Source of the DNA: an uncultured SAR86 cluster bacterium
GTDB taxonomy: Bacteria > Pseudomonadota > Gammaproteobacteria > Magnimaribacterales > D2472
Reading direction: 5' to 3'
DNA: 64,000 nucleotides
Assembly (NCBI GenBank): GCA_902594515.1
Contig: CACJML010000005.1
Coordinates: 25,283 to 89,282, forward strand
The notes under the pieces are model-generated. The model did not search any database and had not been told where the DNA came from. It saw only the letters and a program-made list of their open reading frames with translations. This document shows, in pieces, positions 16,092-26,784 of this stretch; the stretch's first letter is position 1; each line of letters opens with the position of its first letter. A program made the position numbers and the translations under genes.

Positions 16092-18950
16092 CTATAAGTC
16101 TATTTTGGGACTTGTGCCTAATCCTGGACCATACACAATCGCATTTAACCAAACTCGGTTAGTGCCTCTAGTTGATCCTCTAAAATTTGGCTCTCCTGCA
16201 AATAGTATGATTTGTCCTTTGCCTACACGTTCTCTAGTTAAGTAGGCAGAGTTTGCAATTCTTTGGGCAGCTTCTGGCCAAATTAATCCACTCATTCTCA
16301 CTTTTATGTCTTTACCTGCAGGTAAAGTAGACCAGTTAATTGATCTGAATTCATTAATATCAGGATTATCTATAAGTTCACCAATCCTTATGGGTGCTTC
16401 AGCATTTTCATCTGTCATTAGAATTGGATAATTTCCATAGAGAAGCGGTAAAGTTTCAGGTGTTCCAAACGTTAACCAATGCTTTTGATCAGTTCTTCCA
16501 GCAACAAAAGCACCAGATGGCATAAAAATTGACTGCCATTTGTCACGATTTTTTAACTCATCCTCAGAATAATTAGTCTCATTTAATTCCCACGGATAAT
16601 TTATTTCTAGATCTAATGTATTTTTTAATACGGCTTCTTTGTTAAGGTCGTCATTAAGTGCATATATTTCCCTTAATAGATCAAAGTTATAGTCATTACT
16701 TTTATCTAAGACATCCTGAAGTTGCATAACACCGCCAAGAGTTTCATTGGAAGCTATGAATCTAGAACTATTATTATGGGCAATTAATGTTCCTCCTTGT
16801 TTAATCCAATCATTTAAAGCATTAACTTCATAATCACTAATTTCGAGATAACCACTTGGCATGATAATTACGTTGTAACGTCGTAAATCAGCATAGCCTG
16901 CAAACGAACCATTAAGTAAAGAGTGTCTTATGCCTAAATGATGATCCAGTGACCACCAGCTAACTCCAACATCATAGGAGTTAAAGCTAGAATGTCCCAA
17001 AATTGCCACCTGTGGTTTTTCAAGAAGTCGAAAGTGCCTTCCACCCCAATCTGGTAATAATTCTGGACCAAAACCTGATTCTATGGAAACAATTGAAATT
17101 TCTAAATCAGATCCAATCTGAGATATTTTTGAGCTTAGGTCATTGATATTAGGATTATCCATTTGCAATACAGCCACACTACCTCTTGAGAGTTCATGAC
17201 CAGAAAGGAATGATTTCTTATCAATAATACGAACTTGAATATTTTGTTCCATTAACCTAGCTGCAAATGCAACTGAGCGATCATCCTCACCATCTGTTGC
17301 CCATATTATTGAATCTTTACTTATTTCTGATTGACTGGATTCCTTAACCCATTTATTGAGGTTATTGGAAATTTTTTCATCTGCAGTAATTGCTTTTAGT
17401 CCAAACATCATTGAAAAATTGAAAGCAGTGGTGTCATACATAATCGATGAACCATCCCTTAAGCTTTCTTGCCTTTCCTCAATTAGGACTGATTTATCAA
17501 TATCAGCATCAAATTCTAATATTGCAGAAATTAATGGAGCTTCAGGTTGTTGATTTGGAATAACCAAACTACCTTCAGGTACAACGTAATTAGTAATATT
17601 TTCACCTGATTGCGTAGTAGCAGATTTAACAATAATCGATCTCTCGTTAGTGAATAATTCTATATCTTGTGCTTGAAGTTTCTCTGCTAGTGCATTTAAC
17701 CTTCCATTATTTTTAGTAGGTAAGATTACATATGTTTGATTAGCATACTTACTGTTTTTAGAAACATTGTATTTTCTTGCTTCCCAGTAATCTTGATACA
17801 TTGCCTTAGAGTTGACTTCTAATGTCTTTAAATTTGCCAGTGTGCTTACAAATTGGTGATGAACTGACTCTTTGTAAGATTGAATAGTACCTTCAGGCCT
17901 CCTTACACCATCTTCAGCCATTCTAGACTGCTCATAAAGAATACCTAGACTACCTCTAAATTGAACATAAAATGAATATCCTGGATAAAGGTCTTCGAGC
18001 CATTCACCCGTATAAAATCTCCAATTTTTTTTATCAAATGCTTCAGCCTGATCTTGGGCAAATACGTTTCCCCATTTTATGAGATCCCTATCAATATTTT
18101 TGTTAATTGGCTCTCTAGGAGGACCTGTCATAAATGTATCCTGCGCACCCATCTCGTGCCCATCTACCAAGATTTGTGGCCTCCATTGATTAATGAGTTT
18201 TACACGTCCTTGTGTTTCAGGTTGCGTTAAATAAAACCAATCTCTATTTAAATCAAAATAATAGTGGTTAGTTCTTCCATAAGGCCAATCACCCGTGTGA
18301 ATCAAAGATTGATCATCAAAGTTTGGAGCGGTACCTCTATATTGTTCTAATGACTTAGCAAATCTATCTCTTCCATCTGGATTCATCATTGGATCAATTA
18401 TGACCACCATGTCCTCAAGCATATTAGTTATTTCAAGATCAGTACTTGAAATTAAATGGTAGATTATTCCAAGTGCTGCATCTGCACCCGATGTTTCATT
18501 TCCATGAATTGAATATGCCATCCAGGCAACTGCAGGAATATTTTCGATTATTGAATTAGCCTCAGCGTTAGACGTAATTCTTGGATCTGAAAGCTTTGTA
18601 ATTTGATTTTTAATTTCATCAAGATTGTTTAGATTTTCTGATGATGAAATAAAAGCAACATACAGTGGTCGGCCTTCATGAGATTTAGCATACTCAATTA
18701 CTTTAATTTTATTTGACTGTTCTGACCATCGTAATATCGCATTGGATATTTGAGAGTGATTGGCTACACGGTCACCATAATTAAAATCAAGAAATTTATT
18801 TGGATGATCTATAGTTGGAATGTAGTTACCTTCAAGTATTGCTTCTTTATAAAGTTGACTTGAATAGCTTGTAGGCTTCATAAGAGTATCAGCAATTAGA
18901 GAGCTACAAAATATTGATAAGAATATGATGTTAAATAATTTTATTTTCAT
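16092..18950 (-). CDS. M14-family zinc carboxypeptidase with a long uncharacterised C-terminal region, secreted
   Basis: 952 aa with a signal peptide. HGNETSG (HxxE zinc motif), DPMMNPDGRD, FDLNRDW and VDGHEMG lie in the first 350 aa or so. The remaining 600 aa or so are unassigned. Confidence 0.75.
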   Translation of the reverse strand: MKIKLFNIIFLSIFCSSLIADTLMKPTSYSSQLYKEAILEGNYIPTIDHPNKFLDFNYGDRVANHSQISNAILRWSEQSNKIKVIEYAKSHEGRPLYVAFISSSENLNNLDEIKNQITKLSDPRITSNAEANSIIENIPAVAWMAYSIHGNETSGADAALGIIYHLISSTDLEITNMLEDMVVIIDPMMNPDGRDRFAKSLEQYRGTAPNFDDQSLIHTGDWPYGRTNHYYFDLNRDWFYLTQPETQGRVKLINQWRPQILVDGHEMGAQDTFMTGPPREPINKNIDRDLIKWGNVFAQDQAEAFDKKNWRFYTGEWLEDLYPGYSFYVQFRGSLGILYEQSRMAEDGVRRPEGTIQSYKESVHHQFVSTLANLKTLEVNSKAMYQDYWEARKYNVSKNSKYANQTYVILPTKNNGRLNALAEKLQAQDIELFTNERSIIVKSATTQSGENITNYVVPEGSLVIPNQQPEAPLISAILEFDADIDKSVLIEERQESLRDGSSIMYDTTAFNFSMMFGLKAITADEKISNNLNKWVKESSQSEISKDSIIWATDGEDDRSVAFAARLMEQNIQVRIIDKKSFLSGHELSRGSVAVLQMDNPNINDLSSKISQIGSDLEISIVSIESGFGPELLPDWGGRHFRLLEKPQVAILGHSSFNSYDVGVSWWSLDHHLGIRHSLLNGSFAGYADLRRYNVIIMPSGYLEISDYEVNALNDWIKQGGTLIAHNNSSRFIASNETLGGVMQLQDVLDKSNDYNFDLLREIYALNDDLNKEAVLKNTLDLEINYPWELNETNYSEDELKNRDKWQSIFMPSGAFVAGRTDQKHWLTFGTPETLPLLYGNYPILMTDENAEAPIRIGELIDNPDINEFRSINWSTLPAGKDIKVRMSGLIWPEAAQRIANSAYLTRERVGKGQIILFAGEPNFRGSTRGTNRVWLNAIVYGPGLGTSPKIDL

Positions 18951-19096
18951 AACAACATTTTAGATCTAAAAAGAATTTGATACTAATTGTATATCCCTTA
19001 TGATTATGCCCAAAGATCAAATATAGATTGATAGTTATTACATGTTTTAAAAAAATTCATAATGTTGTATCTTTCATATTTAAGTTCAATTAAAAA

Positions 19097-20266
19097 ATGA
19101 AGAGTTCGTTAAAATCAATTAAAGCATGTGCTGCTTATTATGGACCTGATGCACCTGCTGTAGAAAAGTACCTCAAAGCTGGTGAAAAAAAAGCACTTAA
19201 ACTCGGAAATAGGGGACCTATTAGTTTTAATTCACAAGGCTTATTATCAAAGGATATTATTGATGCTTATTCAAAGTTTGGATTCTATATCTTCGAAAAT
19301 GTGATTAACGAAAGGGAACTTAATGATATTGAAAAAGACTTAGATTCACTAAGATCAAGTTTCCCAACAGGTCCAGAAAGTTTGGTTGATTCAAGAGGCA
19401 ATCCTGCAATGAATGCAAAATCTAAAGCGTTAACCATTGTTTGGTCAAAGCCTTTAGGAGATCCTTTGGGAGGCACCGAGCTGGCAAATGGTAGACATCA
19501 AGTGAAAATGTTTGAACCAAAACCATCTTCAGATGCGCCTGAAACTGTGCCCTTAATATTGTTAGGAACTTTACAATTCTCTGATGCGTGTCTTAGGACT
19601 TATGCACACCCTAAACTACTTAAAATTGCAGAAAACATAAATGGAAAAGATTTTGCTCCTTTTAATGAAGCTCTTTTTATTAAGGAGCCTGGTATCGGTG
19701 CTGCTGTATCTTGGCATCAAGATGGCGTCACTCATTGGGACAGCAATGATTTTGAAGAAGGTATACATGGATTTAATTTTATGGCTCAAGTATATGGAAG
19801 TACCGCCGTTAATGGAGTTTGGGTTTTACCAGGCACACATAAAGTTGGAAAGATTGACATTAAAAAATTAATCCAGGAGTCAGGAAGCGAAAGACTTGAT
19901 GGCGCAGTTCCAATAGTTTGTAATCCAGGAGATGTTGTAATTTGTAATAGACAACTTCTTCATGGCTCCTTTCCAAATTGTGGATTTGAAAAAAGGGTAA
20001 CTGTTAATTTTGGATTTCATAAAAGAAGTTCTGTTCTTGGAGTAAAGGGTGGGGGAATCCACAGTGAGTCTCAAGTATTTGATGAAGAAATTATCAGAAG
20101 ACGTACGAAACCATTGGGATATGCAATAGAAGCGCGTAAAGAAAAATATCCGAATGAAGAACCATATGAATATCAACCATTCAAAGAATCTAATGAAAGC
20201 TTTATTTGGAATAATGAAGCACGTAAAAATCTTGTAGATTACAACCTTGAAGATCTAAGTATCTAA
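19097..20266 (+). CDS. Phytanoyl-CoA dioxygenase (PhyH) family Fe(II)/2-oxoglutarate oxygenase
   Basis: 389 aa. WHQDG (H-x-D facial triad) and distal LLHGSFPN, with a PhyH-like N-terminal region. Confidence 0.65.
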   Translation: MKSSLKSIKACAAYYGPDAPAVEKYLKAGEKKALKLGNRGPISFNSQGLLSKDIIDAYSKFGFYIFENVINERELNDIEKDLDSLRSSFPTGPESLVDSRGNPAMNAKSKALTIVWSKPLGDPLGGTELANGRHQVKMFEPKPSSDAPETVPLILLGTLQFSDACLRTYAHPKLLKIAENINGKDFAPFNEALFIKEPGIGAAVSWHQDGVTHWDSNDFEEGIHGFNFMAQVYGSTAVNGVWVLPGTHKVGKIDIKKLIQESGSERLDGAVPIVCNPGDVVICNRQLLHGSFPNCGFEKRVTVNFGFHKRSSVLGVKGGGIHSESQVFDEEIIRRRTKPLGYAIEARKEKYPNEEPYEYQPFKESNESFIWNNEARKNLVDYNLEDLSI

Positions 20267-20325
20267 AAAATTGACATATCCCATGTCATTAAATTAATTT
20301 ATAGATAAAAATATTTAGATTTTTT

Positions 20326-21444
20326 ATGAAAAGACTATTTTTAGTTGTAACCATTATATTTGTAATACTTGTAGGAATTTTTCAACATTCTAGGAATTCA
20401 GATAGTGATATAAATTATGAAAGATTTAATTTAGTAACTCCTGGTGTTTTAAGGACGCCTGATGAAAGGTTTAATAACATAAAAGATTATCCTTTTTCTC
20501 CAAATTATTTAACTATTGGCGACACAAGAATTCACTATCTTGATGAAGGGCCAAAAGATGGAAAAATTATATATCTTCTTCATGGTGAGCCTGCATGGAG
20601 TTATTTATTTAGAAAAATGATACCAACGCTTACAGCAGCAGGGTACAGGGTCATAGCACCCGATATGGTTGGATTCGGTAAATCTGATAAATACATTTCA
20701 ATTGATGATTACTCGCATCAAATGCATGTTGATAAAATGGTCCAATTAGTTAGAGAGCTAGATCTTAAGGACGTCACTGCTCATCTTCATGATTGGGGCG
20801 GATTAGTCGGATTTAGAGTCATTGCAGAAGAACCAGAGAGGTTTTCACGAATAATAGCGTCAAATACTAGTCTCATAGCTCCTGGCCGGGGTTTTTTAAG
20901 AGATTTATTAAGTTATATTAGTTATCCATTATTTAAGTTAGGTATATGGATTCAAGGCCCAGCTACCTGGGAGGAATTCATTGGCGGTGACGGTTTTACA
21001 GCCTGGATTAGATATTCAAGGTATGCTGATAACATTGATGTTGGTGGAATTATGCAAACGCTTGGTAATGTAAGCGATGAAGAAAGAGTAGGGTATGAAG
21101 CACCTTACCCAAATGCTACCTATAAAGCCGGTGCACAAATTTTCCCTTATTTAATACCTAGTGAATTAAGAAAAAATGAAATGGCCTATAGAGGAGTTTT
21201 TGAAAAATGGAATAAGCCATTTTTAATTGCAAATAGTGATAATGATCCAGTTACTAGTAACAATCCCAGATTAACTGAGATGCTTAAGAGAGTACCAACA
21301 GCAAAAGAGATTGTAATAAAAGGACCGGGACATTTTATTCAAGAAGAGGCTGGTCCTGAATACGCACAACTAATTATTGATTTTATTAACGGTAATCCAC
21401 ACCCTTTTATAAAAGATAGAGTAGTGCCTGTTATGAACCTTTAA
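20326..21444 (+). CDS. Alpha/beta hydrolase, haloalkane dehalogenase-like, N-terminal membrane anchor
   Basis: 372 aa. IHYLDEGP...LLHGEPAWSYLFRKM, MVGFGKSDK and the nucleophile elbow HDWGG. N-terminal TM segment LFLVVTIIFVILVGIF. Confidence 0.6.
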   Translation: MKRLFLVVTIIFVILVGIFQHSRNSDSDINYERFNLVTPGVLRTPDERFNNIKDYPFSPNYLTIGDTRIHYLDEGPKDGKIIYLLHGEPAWSYLFRKMIPTLTAAGYRVIAPDMVGFGKSDKYISIDDYSHQMHVDKMVQLVRELDLKDVTAHLHDWGGLVGFRVIAEEPERFSRIIASNTSLIAPGRGFLRDLLSYISYPLFKLGIWIQGPATWEEFIGGDGFTAWIRYSRYADNIDVGGIMQTLGNVSDEERVGYEAPYPNATYKAGAQIFPYLIPSELRKNEMAYRGVFEKWNKPFLIANSDNDPVTSNNPRLTEMLKRVPTAKEIVIKGPGHFIQEEAGPEYAQLIIDFINGNPHPFIKDRVVPVMNL

Positions 21445-21537
21445 TTATCTATTACTTCGCATAATATATATTATGTTAAATTATATATCCCCCTTTATTT
21501 TCTTTAAATAGGCTAAAATTCGTTTAAAATACTGCGC

Positions 21538-21756
21538 ATGGCTAAAGAAGACAATTTAGAATTTGAAGGTGAAGTAATTGAAACCCTTCCAAATACTCAA
21601 TTCAAAGTTAAATTAGAGAACGGTCATGTTATAGATGCTCACATTTCTGGGAAAATGAGGAAACATTACATCAGAATACTCACCGGAGATAAGGTTAAGG
21701 TTGAAATGACGCCGTATGACCTAACAAAAGGCAGAATAACTTTTAGAGGTAGATAG
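21538..21756 (+). CDS. infA: Translation initiation factor IF-1
   Basis: 72 aa, [30 protein letters not shown]...GRITFRGR. It is convergent with clpA, as in E. coli. Confidence 0.97.
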   Translation: MAKEDNLEFEGEVIETLPNTQFKVKLENGHVIDAHISGKMRKHYIRILTGDKVKVEMTPYDLTKGRITFRGR

Positions 21757-21758
21757 TT

Positions 21759-24002
21759 CTAAGTTACCTTTTCCTTTGTCAATTCAGTAAACTCTACCTG
21801 TCCATCAACTAAATCAACTTTAATCTGACCACCCTTGTTTAGTGCTCCGAAAAGCACGTCGTTTACAAGTGGTTTTTTTATGTGATCAGTAATAAACCTT
21901 TCCATAGGCCTTGCGCCCATATGCTTGTTATAACCTTTGTCAGCTATCCAGTTTACAACTTTCTTTGAGTAAATTAACTCAATTTCTCTCTCATCTAGTT
22001 GAGCCTGTAATTTTGTTAAGAATTTATCAACAATAGATAAAACAACTTTTTTAGGTAAGTAATTAAACTGAATTATTTCATCAAGTCTGTTTCTAAATTC
22101 TGGCGCAAACAGTTTATTTAAGGAGTTTAAAGCATCTGATTCATTAGATTGAGAGTTAAATCCAATTGATGATTTTTCAAGTAAATCAGCTCCTGCATTT
22201 GTAGTCATGATTAAGATTACATTTCTAAAATCAGCTTTTCTTCCATTATTATCAGTGAGAACCCCACTATCCATTACTTGAAGTAACAAATTAAATATAT
22301 CTGGATTAGCCTTCTCAATTTCATCTAAAAGCAATACCGCATGAGGGTTTTTAACAATTGCTTCAGTTAGGAGTCCTCCTTGATCAAAGCCAACATAGCC
22401 TGGAGGAGCACCAATTAATCTAGAAACGGTATGGCGTTCCATGTATTCAGACATATCAAATCTTATTAATTCAATACCTAAAATAGAGGCTAGTTGTCGA
22501 GCTATTTCAGTTTTACCTACACCAGTTGGCCCAGCAAATAGAAACGATCCAATGGTCTTATTATCATCTCTTAGCCCTGCTCTCGAGAGCTTTATTGCGT
22601 TACCCAGACTAACAATCGCCTTATCCTGCCCAAAAATAACTCTTTTTAGATCTCTTTCAATATTTTTTAGAGATTTAGACTCATCCTTTGATATCGATTT
22701 TTCAGGGATTTTAGTTATTTTTGATATGGTTTTTTCAATATCTATCTGATTTACGGTAATTTTTTTATTATCTTTTCTGTTTACATTTAACAATGCACCC
22801 GTTTCATCCATTAAATCAATAGCTTTATCAGGTAAAAATCTATCACTAATAAATTTTTGAGACAGCTCAACGGCAGATTTAATTGATTCATCATGATATT
22901 TAACGTTGTGATGCTGCTCATACAGAGGTTTTATTCCATTTAGAATTGCTATTGAGTCATCTATATCAGGCTCATTAATATCTATCTTTTGGAATCTCCT
23001 TGATAACGCTTGGTTTTGATTAAAGATACCTCTAAATTCTTGAAAAGTAGTTGATCCAATACACCTAAGACTACCCTTCCCTAGCGCGGGTTTAAGAAGG
23101 TTTGATACATCTAGAGAGCCCCCAGATGCTGATCCAGCACCAATAATTGTATGTATCTCATCTATAAACAAAATTGATTTATCCTGACCTTCTAAAAACT
23201 CAATAACCTCTTTTAATCTCTTTTCAAAATCACCTCTGTATTTAGTTCCAGCAATTAATGCACCTATATCCAAGGAGTAAATTGTGTAGTTTTGTAGATA
23301 CTCAGGTACTTTTTTATTAATCACAAGATGTGACAATCCTTCAACAATTGCAGTCTTACCGACACCAGACTCACCTACCAATAACGGATTATTTTTTGTT
23401 CTTCTAGCTAAAATTTGTATAAGCCTACTGATTTCTTCCTGTCTTCCAATCAAGGCATCTATTTTTCCTTCAGAGGCTTGTTCATTTAGGTTAATCAAAA
23501 ATTTTGACTCCCCACTTTCAGTTATGACGTCTTCTTCATCAACGCCATCTATAACAGAGTCTGACTCTTTTTTTGAGGCAGTCTTACCATGAGAAATGTA
23601 TGAAACGATATCTAATCTGGATATCCCTGCTTTAGTTAAGAGGTAAACAGAATGACTTTCCTTTTCAGAAAAAATGGCAACTAGAATATTAATAGGTTTT
23701 ACAACACCTTTGCCTGATGATTGAACATGAAACACAGCACGCTGGAGGACTCTTTGAAAACCAAGCGTTGGTTGAGGTGATTTGTTTGGATCAGATTTTC
23801 TAGGTGTTGTGTCTTGAATATAATCCTCAACAGAACTTTTAAATGAATTTACATTTATGCCATTACTTTTAAGAAAATCTTTAACATCGAAGTCACTGAG
23901 TATCATTAGCAGCAAATGTTCGATAGTTATGTATTCAATATCTGTCTTTTGTGCCTGGTCAAATAAGCTTGATATCGATTGTTCTAATTCTTTGCTAAAC
24001 AT
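21759..24002 (-). CDS. clpA: ATP-dependent Clp protease ATP-binding subunit ClpA
   Basis: 747 aa. Two AAA+ modules (GESGVGKT, GPTGVGKT), preceded by clpS. Confidence 0.95.
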   Translation of the reverse strand: MFSKELEQSISSLFDQAQKTDIEYITIEHLLLMILSDFDVKDFLKSNGINVNSFKSSVEDYIQDTTPRKSDPNKSPQPTLGFQRVLQRAVFHVQSSGKGVVKPINILVAIFSEKESHSVYLLTKAGISRLDIVSYISHGKTASKKESDSVIDGVDEEDVITESGESKFLINLNEQASEGKIDALIGRQEEISRLIQILARRTKNNPLLVGESGVGKTAIVEGLSHLVINKKVPEYLQNYTIYSLDIGALIAGTKYRGDFEKRLKEVIEFLEGQDKSILFIDEIHTIIGAGSASGGSLDVSNLLKPALGKGSLRCIGSTTFQEFRGIFNQNQALSRRFQKIDINEPDIDDSIAILNGIKPLYEQHHNVKYHDESIKSAVELSQKFISDRFLPDKAIDLMDETGALLNVNRKDNKKITVNQIDIEKTISKITKIPEKSISKDESKSLKNIERDLKRVIFGQDKAIVSLGNAIKLSRAGLRDDNKTIGSFLFAGPTGVGKTEIARQLASILGIELIRFDMSEYMERHTVSRLIGAPPGYVGFDQGGLLTEAIVKNPHAVLLLDEIEKANPDIFNLLLQVMDSGVLTDNNGRKADFRNVILIMTTNAGADLLEKSSIGFNSQSNESDALNSLNKLFAPEFRNRLDEIIQFNYLPKKVVLSIVDKFLTKLQAQLDEREIELIYSKKVVNWIADKGYNKHMGARPMERFITDHIKKPLVNDVLFGALNKGGQIKVDLVDGQVEFTELTKEKVT

Positions 24003-24337
24003 TAATCTGTCATGGGTTCAATTTCAGTTAGTAGTGGATGCTCATTGATTTGTGCTAGATTGTTCATTTCGGCACATTTCATCTCAGCAATCTCTTTTGG
24101 AAATATACCACATACTCCCTTCCCTTTAGTATGAACTGACAGCATTATCTGCGTTGCTCTTTCGTGTTCATAACCAAAAACTTTTTGAATTGCATAAACA
24201 ACAAATTCCATGGGGGTAAAATCATCATTTAATAAAACAACTTGAAATAAAGGAGGTTCTTTTAACTGGGGCTCATCTTCAAGGGTTATGACACCCAGGC
24301 CCGCATCAGTTTCATTTTCATTGCTCGAAACAATCAC
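24002..24337 (-). CDS. clpS: Clp protease adaptor ClpS
   Basis: 111 aa. [20 protein letters not shown]...[10 protein letters not shown]. It overlaps clpA by 1 nt and icd by 4 nt. Confidence 0.95.
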   Translation of the reverse strand: MIVSSNENETDAGLGVITLEDEPQLKEPPLFQVVLLNDDFTPMEFVVYAIQKVFGYEHERATQIMLSVHTKGKGVCGIFPKEIAEMKCAEMNNLAQINEHPLLTEIEPMTD

Positions 24338-25590
24338 ATTCGTTTAATCATTTCGTCAGCGAAACCTGAACAAGAAACTAAATTAGCATTCTCCATGAGT
24401 CTTTCAAAGTCATATGTAACCATCTTAGCTTCTATGGCTTTTTCCATTGACTCAATAATAAGATCAGCTGCCTCTACCCAACCGAGATGTCTAAGCATCA
24501 TTTCAGCTGAAAGAATCAATGATCCTGGATTCACTTTATCTTGACCGGCATATTTTGGGGCAGTTCCGTGAGTAGCTTCAAATAACGCAGCATCATCACC
24601 GATATTTGCACCAGGAGCTATTCCTATACCTCCGACACATGCTGCAAGAGCATCAGAAATGTAATCTCCATTAAGATTCATAGTTGCGATTACATCGTAC
24701 TCTTTCGGCCTAGTTAAAATCTGTTGCAAAAATGCATCACAGATCACATCTTTAATGATTATATTTTTACCATTAGTTGGATTTTTAATTACATGCCATG
24801 GACCACCATCTAGGGGTTCTCCATCATAATTATTAACACTCAGTTCATAACCCCAATCCCTAAAAGCTCCTTCAGTAAATTTCATAATATTACCTTTATG
24901 AACTAGAGTTACAGAATCTCTATCATTTTTAATTGCATAATCAATAGCTTGTTTAACAAGACGTTCAGTTCCATTTTTGGATATTGGTTTAACACCCAAT
25001 CCAACATCTTCTGTGAATCTAATTTTATTTACATCAAACTGCTCTTGAAGAACCTTGACCAATCTATTTGATTCATCTGACCCACCTTCAAACTCAACTC
25101 CAGCGTATATATCTTCAGAGTTTTCTCTGAAAATTACCATATCAACATGTGATGGATTTTTAACTGGGCTTGGAACACCTGAGAAGTATCTTATCGGCCT
25201 TAAGCAAACATACAAATCAAGAATCTGCCTTAATGAAACATTTAGTGATCTAATACCACCTCCAACTGGAGTCGTTAATGGTCCTTTAATACTTACAACA
25301 TACTCTCTAAGTGCTTCAATTGTTTCATCAGGAAGCCAAACATCATCACCGTATACTTCTGTAGATTTCTCTCCGCAATAAACCTCCATCCATGAGATTT
25401 TTTTTTCTCCTCCGTAAGACTTTGCAACTGCAGAGTCAACGACATTTAGCATTGCAGGAGTAATATCAATGCCAATCCCATCTCCCTCTATATAAGGAAT
25501 AATAGGATCATTTGGTACGTTTAAGGATCCATCGTCATTTAATGTAATCTTTGATCCAGTTTCAGGAATTTTTATATTTTGATAAGCCAT
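24334..25590 (-). CDS. icd: NADP-dependent isocitrate dehydrogenase
   Basis: 418 aa. The N-terminus ...[19 protein letters not shown] is nearly identical in pattern to E. coli Icd. Confidence 0.95.
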   Translation of the reverse strand: MAYQNIKIPETGSKITLNDDGSLNVPNDPIIPYIEGDGIGIDITPAMLNVVDSAVAKSYGGEKKISWMEVYCGEKSTEVYGDDVWLPDETIEALREYVVSIKGPLTTPVGGGIRSLNVSLRQILDLYVCLRPIRYFSGVPSPVKNPSHVDMVIFRENSEDIYAGVEFEGGSDESNRLVKVLQEQFDVNKIRFTEDVGLGVKPISKNGTERLVKQAIDYAIKNDRDSVTLVHKGNIMKFTEGAFRDWGYELSVNNYDGEPLDGGPWHVIKNPTNGKNIIIKDVICDAFLQQILTRPKEYDVIATMNLNGDYISDALAACVGGIGIAPGANIGDDAALFEATHGTAPKYAGQDKVNPGSLILSAEMMLRHLGWVEAADLIIESMEKAIEAKMVTYDFERLMENANLVSCSGFADEMIKRM

Positions 25591-25691
25591 TGCTACACCG
25601 ATAATTTACAGAAATATTTATTAATTTAAGATGGCAAATTATACTCCAAATAAGCTCTATAATTAGCTTTTAGTGGCCTTAAATTATTGAA

Positions 25692-26771
25692 ATGACTAAA
25701 AACAAAGAAACCGTTGTAGTTGGGATATCAGGTGGTGTTGATTCGTCAGTTGCGGCTTACTTATTAAAACAGCAAGGTTATGAGGTTGTTGGTTTATTTA
25801 TGCAAAATTGGCAATCAGAACCAGGTGAAGTTTGTACATCAGAAATTGATTTTGAAGATGCTTCGCAAGTATGTGATCTCTTAGATATAAAACTTCATCG
25901 AGCAAATTTCAGTGATGATTATTGGGACAGAGTATTTAATGATTTTTTAGATGAGCATAAAAAAGGTAGAACTCCCAATCCTGACATCTTATGTAATCGT
26001 GAAATAAAATTTAAGTCATTTTTAGATTATGCAAAGAAAATTGGAGCAGATTTTATGGCAACCGGTCACTATGCAGATTTAATCTTTAAAAATGAAAAAA
26101 CATACTTAAAGAGATCTATCGATTTAAATAAAGATCAAACCTACTTTCTACATGAGGTTAGCTCAAATGAATTTAAGTACTGTTTATTTCCGCTGGCAAA
26201 TTTAACTAAGCCAGAAGTAAGAGAAATTGCAAAATCAATACAGTTACCTAATAGGAACAAAAAAGATTCTGTTGGCATATGTTTCGTTGGAGAACGAAAT
26301 ATGAAAGACTTTTTAAATAGATTTATTGATTTTGAACCAGGCCCAATCATAGATGATTCAAATAATATTATCGGTGAGCATCATGGCTCTCTTTTATATA
26401 CCATTGGCCAAAGACAAGGACTAAGAATTGGGGGCGTTAAAGATATGCTAGATTTACCTTGGTACGTATTTAAAAAAGATCAGAAGAATAATTCCTTGTA
26501 CGTATGCCAGGGTGAGGATAATCCTCTTCTATTTAGCAAAGGTTTATCTTTAGAAAGATTGCATTGGATAACAGATGAGTTCAGTGGTCAGTTGGAGTGT
26601 GAGGTTCAGGTTCGGCATCGTCACAAAGCTGTTAAATGCATATTAGATGTTAATGAACTTGAAGTTAGATTTGATGAGGAAATAAGAGCAATAACACCGG
26701 GTCAATCTGCAGTTTTTTACTTAGACAATATTTGTCTGGGTGGTGGTATCATAGCTGATCAAATAAATTAG
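25692..26771 (+). CDS. mnmA: tRNA 2-thiouridine(34) synthase
   Basis: 359 aa with PP-loop VVGISGGVDSSV. The mnmA-purB neighbourhood is as in E. coli. Confidence 0.93.
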   Translation: MTKNKETVVVGISGGVDSSVAAYLLKQQGYEVVGLFMQNWQSEPGEVCTSEIDFEDASQVCDLLDIKLHRANFSDDYWDRVFNDFLDEHKKGRTPNPDILCNREIKFKSFLDYAKKIGADFMATGHYADLIFKNEKTYLKRSIDLNKDQTYFLHEVSSNEFKYCLFPLANLTKPEVREIAKSIQLPNRNKKDSVGICFVGERNMKDFLNRFIDFEPGPIIDDSNNIIGEHHGSLLYTIGQRQGLRIGGVKDMLDLPWYVFKKDQKNNSLYVCQGEDNPLLFSKGLSLERLHWITDEFSGQLECEVQVRHRHKAVKCILDVNELEVRFDEEIRAITPGQSAVFYLDNICLGGGIIADQIN

Positions 26772-26784
26772 TATTCAAAATTTT

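Noticed and set aside
20272-20288. Inverted repeat TGACAT-N5-ATGTCA between the PhyH and hydrolase genes, overlapping a TTGACA hexamer.
   Set aside because: It has only 6-bp arms in AT-rich sequence and no U-tract that would make it a convincing terminator. With no second copy for comparison, it may be chance.
25621-25687. Nested inverted repeats in the icd/mnmA divergent spacer. The outer pair is TTAATTTAAG / CTTAAATTAT (9 of 10). The inner pair is AAGCT-N8-AGCTT, flanking a perfect TATAAT at 25658-25663.
   Set aside because: The arms are almost pure A/T and could arise by chance. The TATAAT is a plausible mnmA -10, but I could not find a convincing -35. This is not enough to call a regulatory structure.
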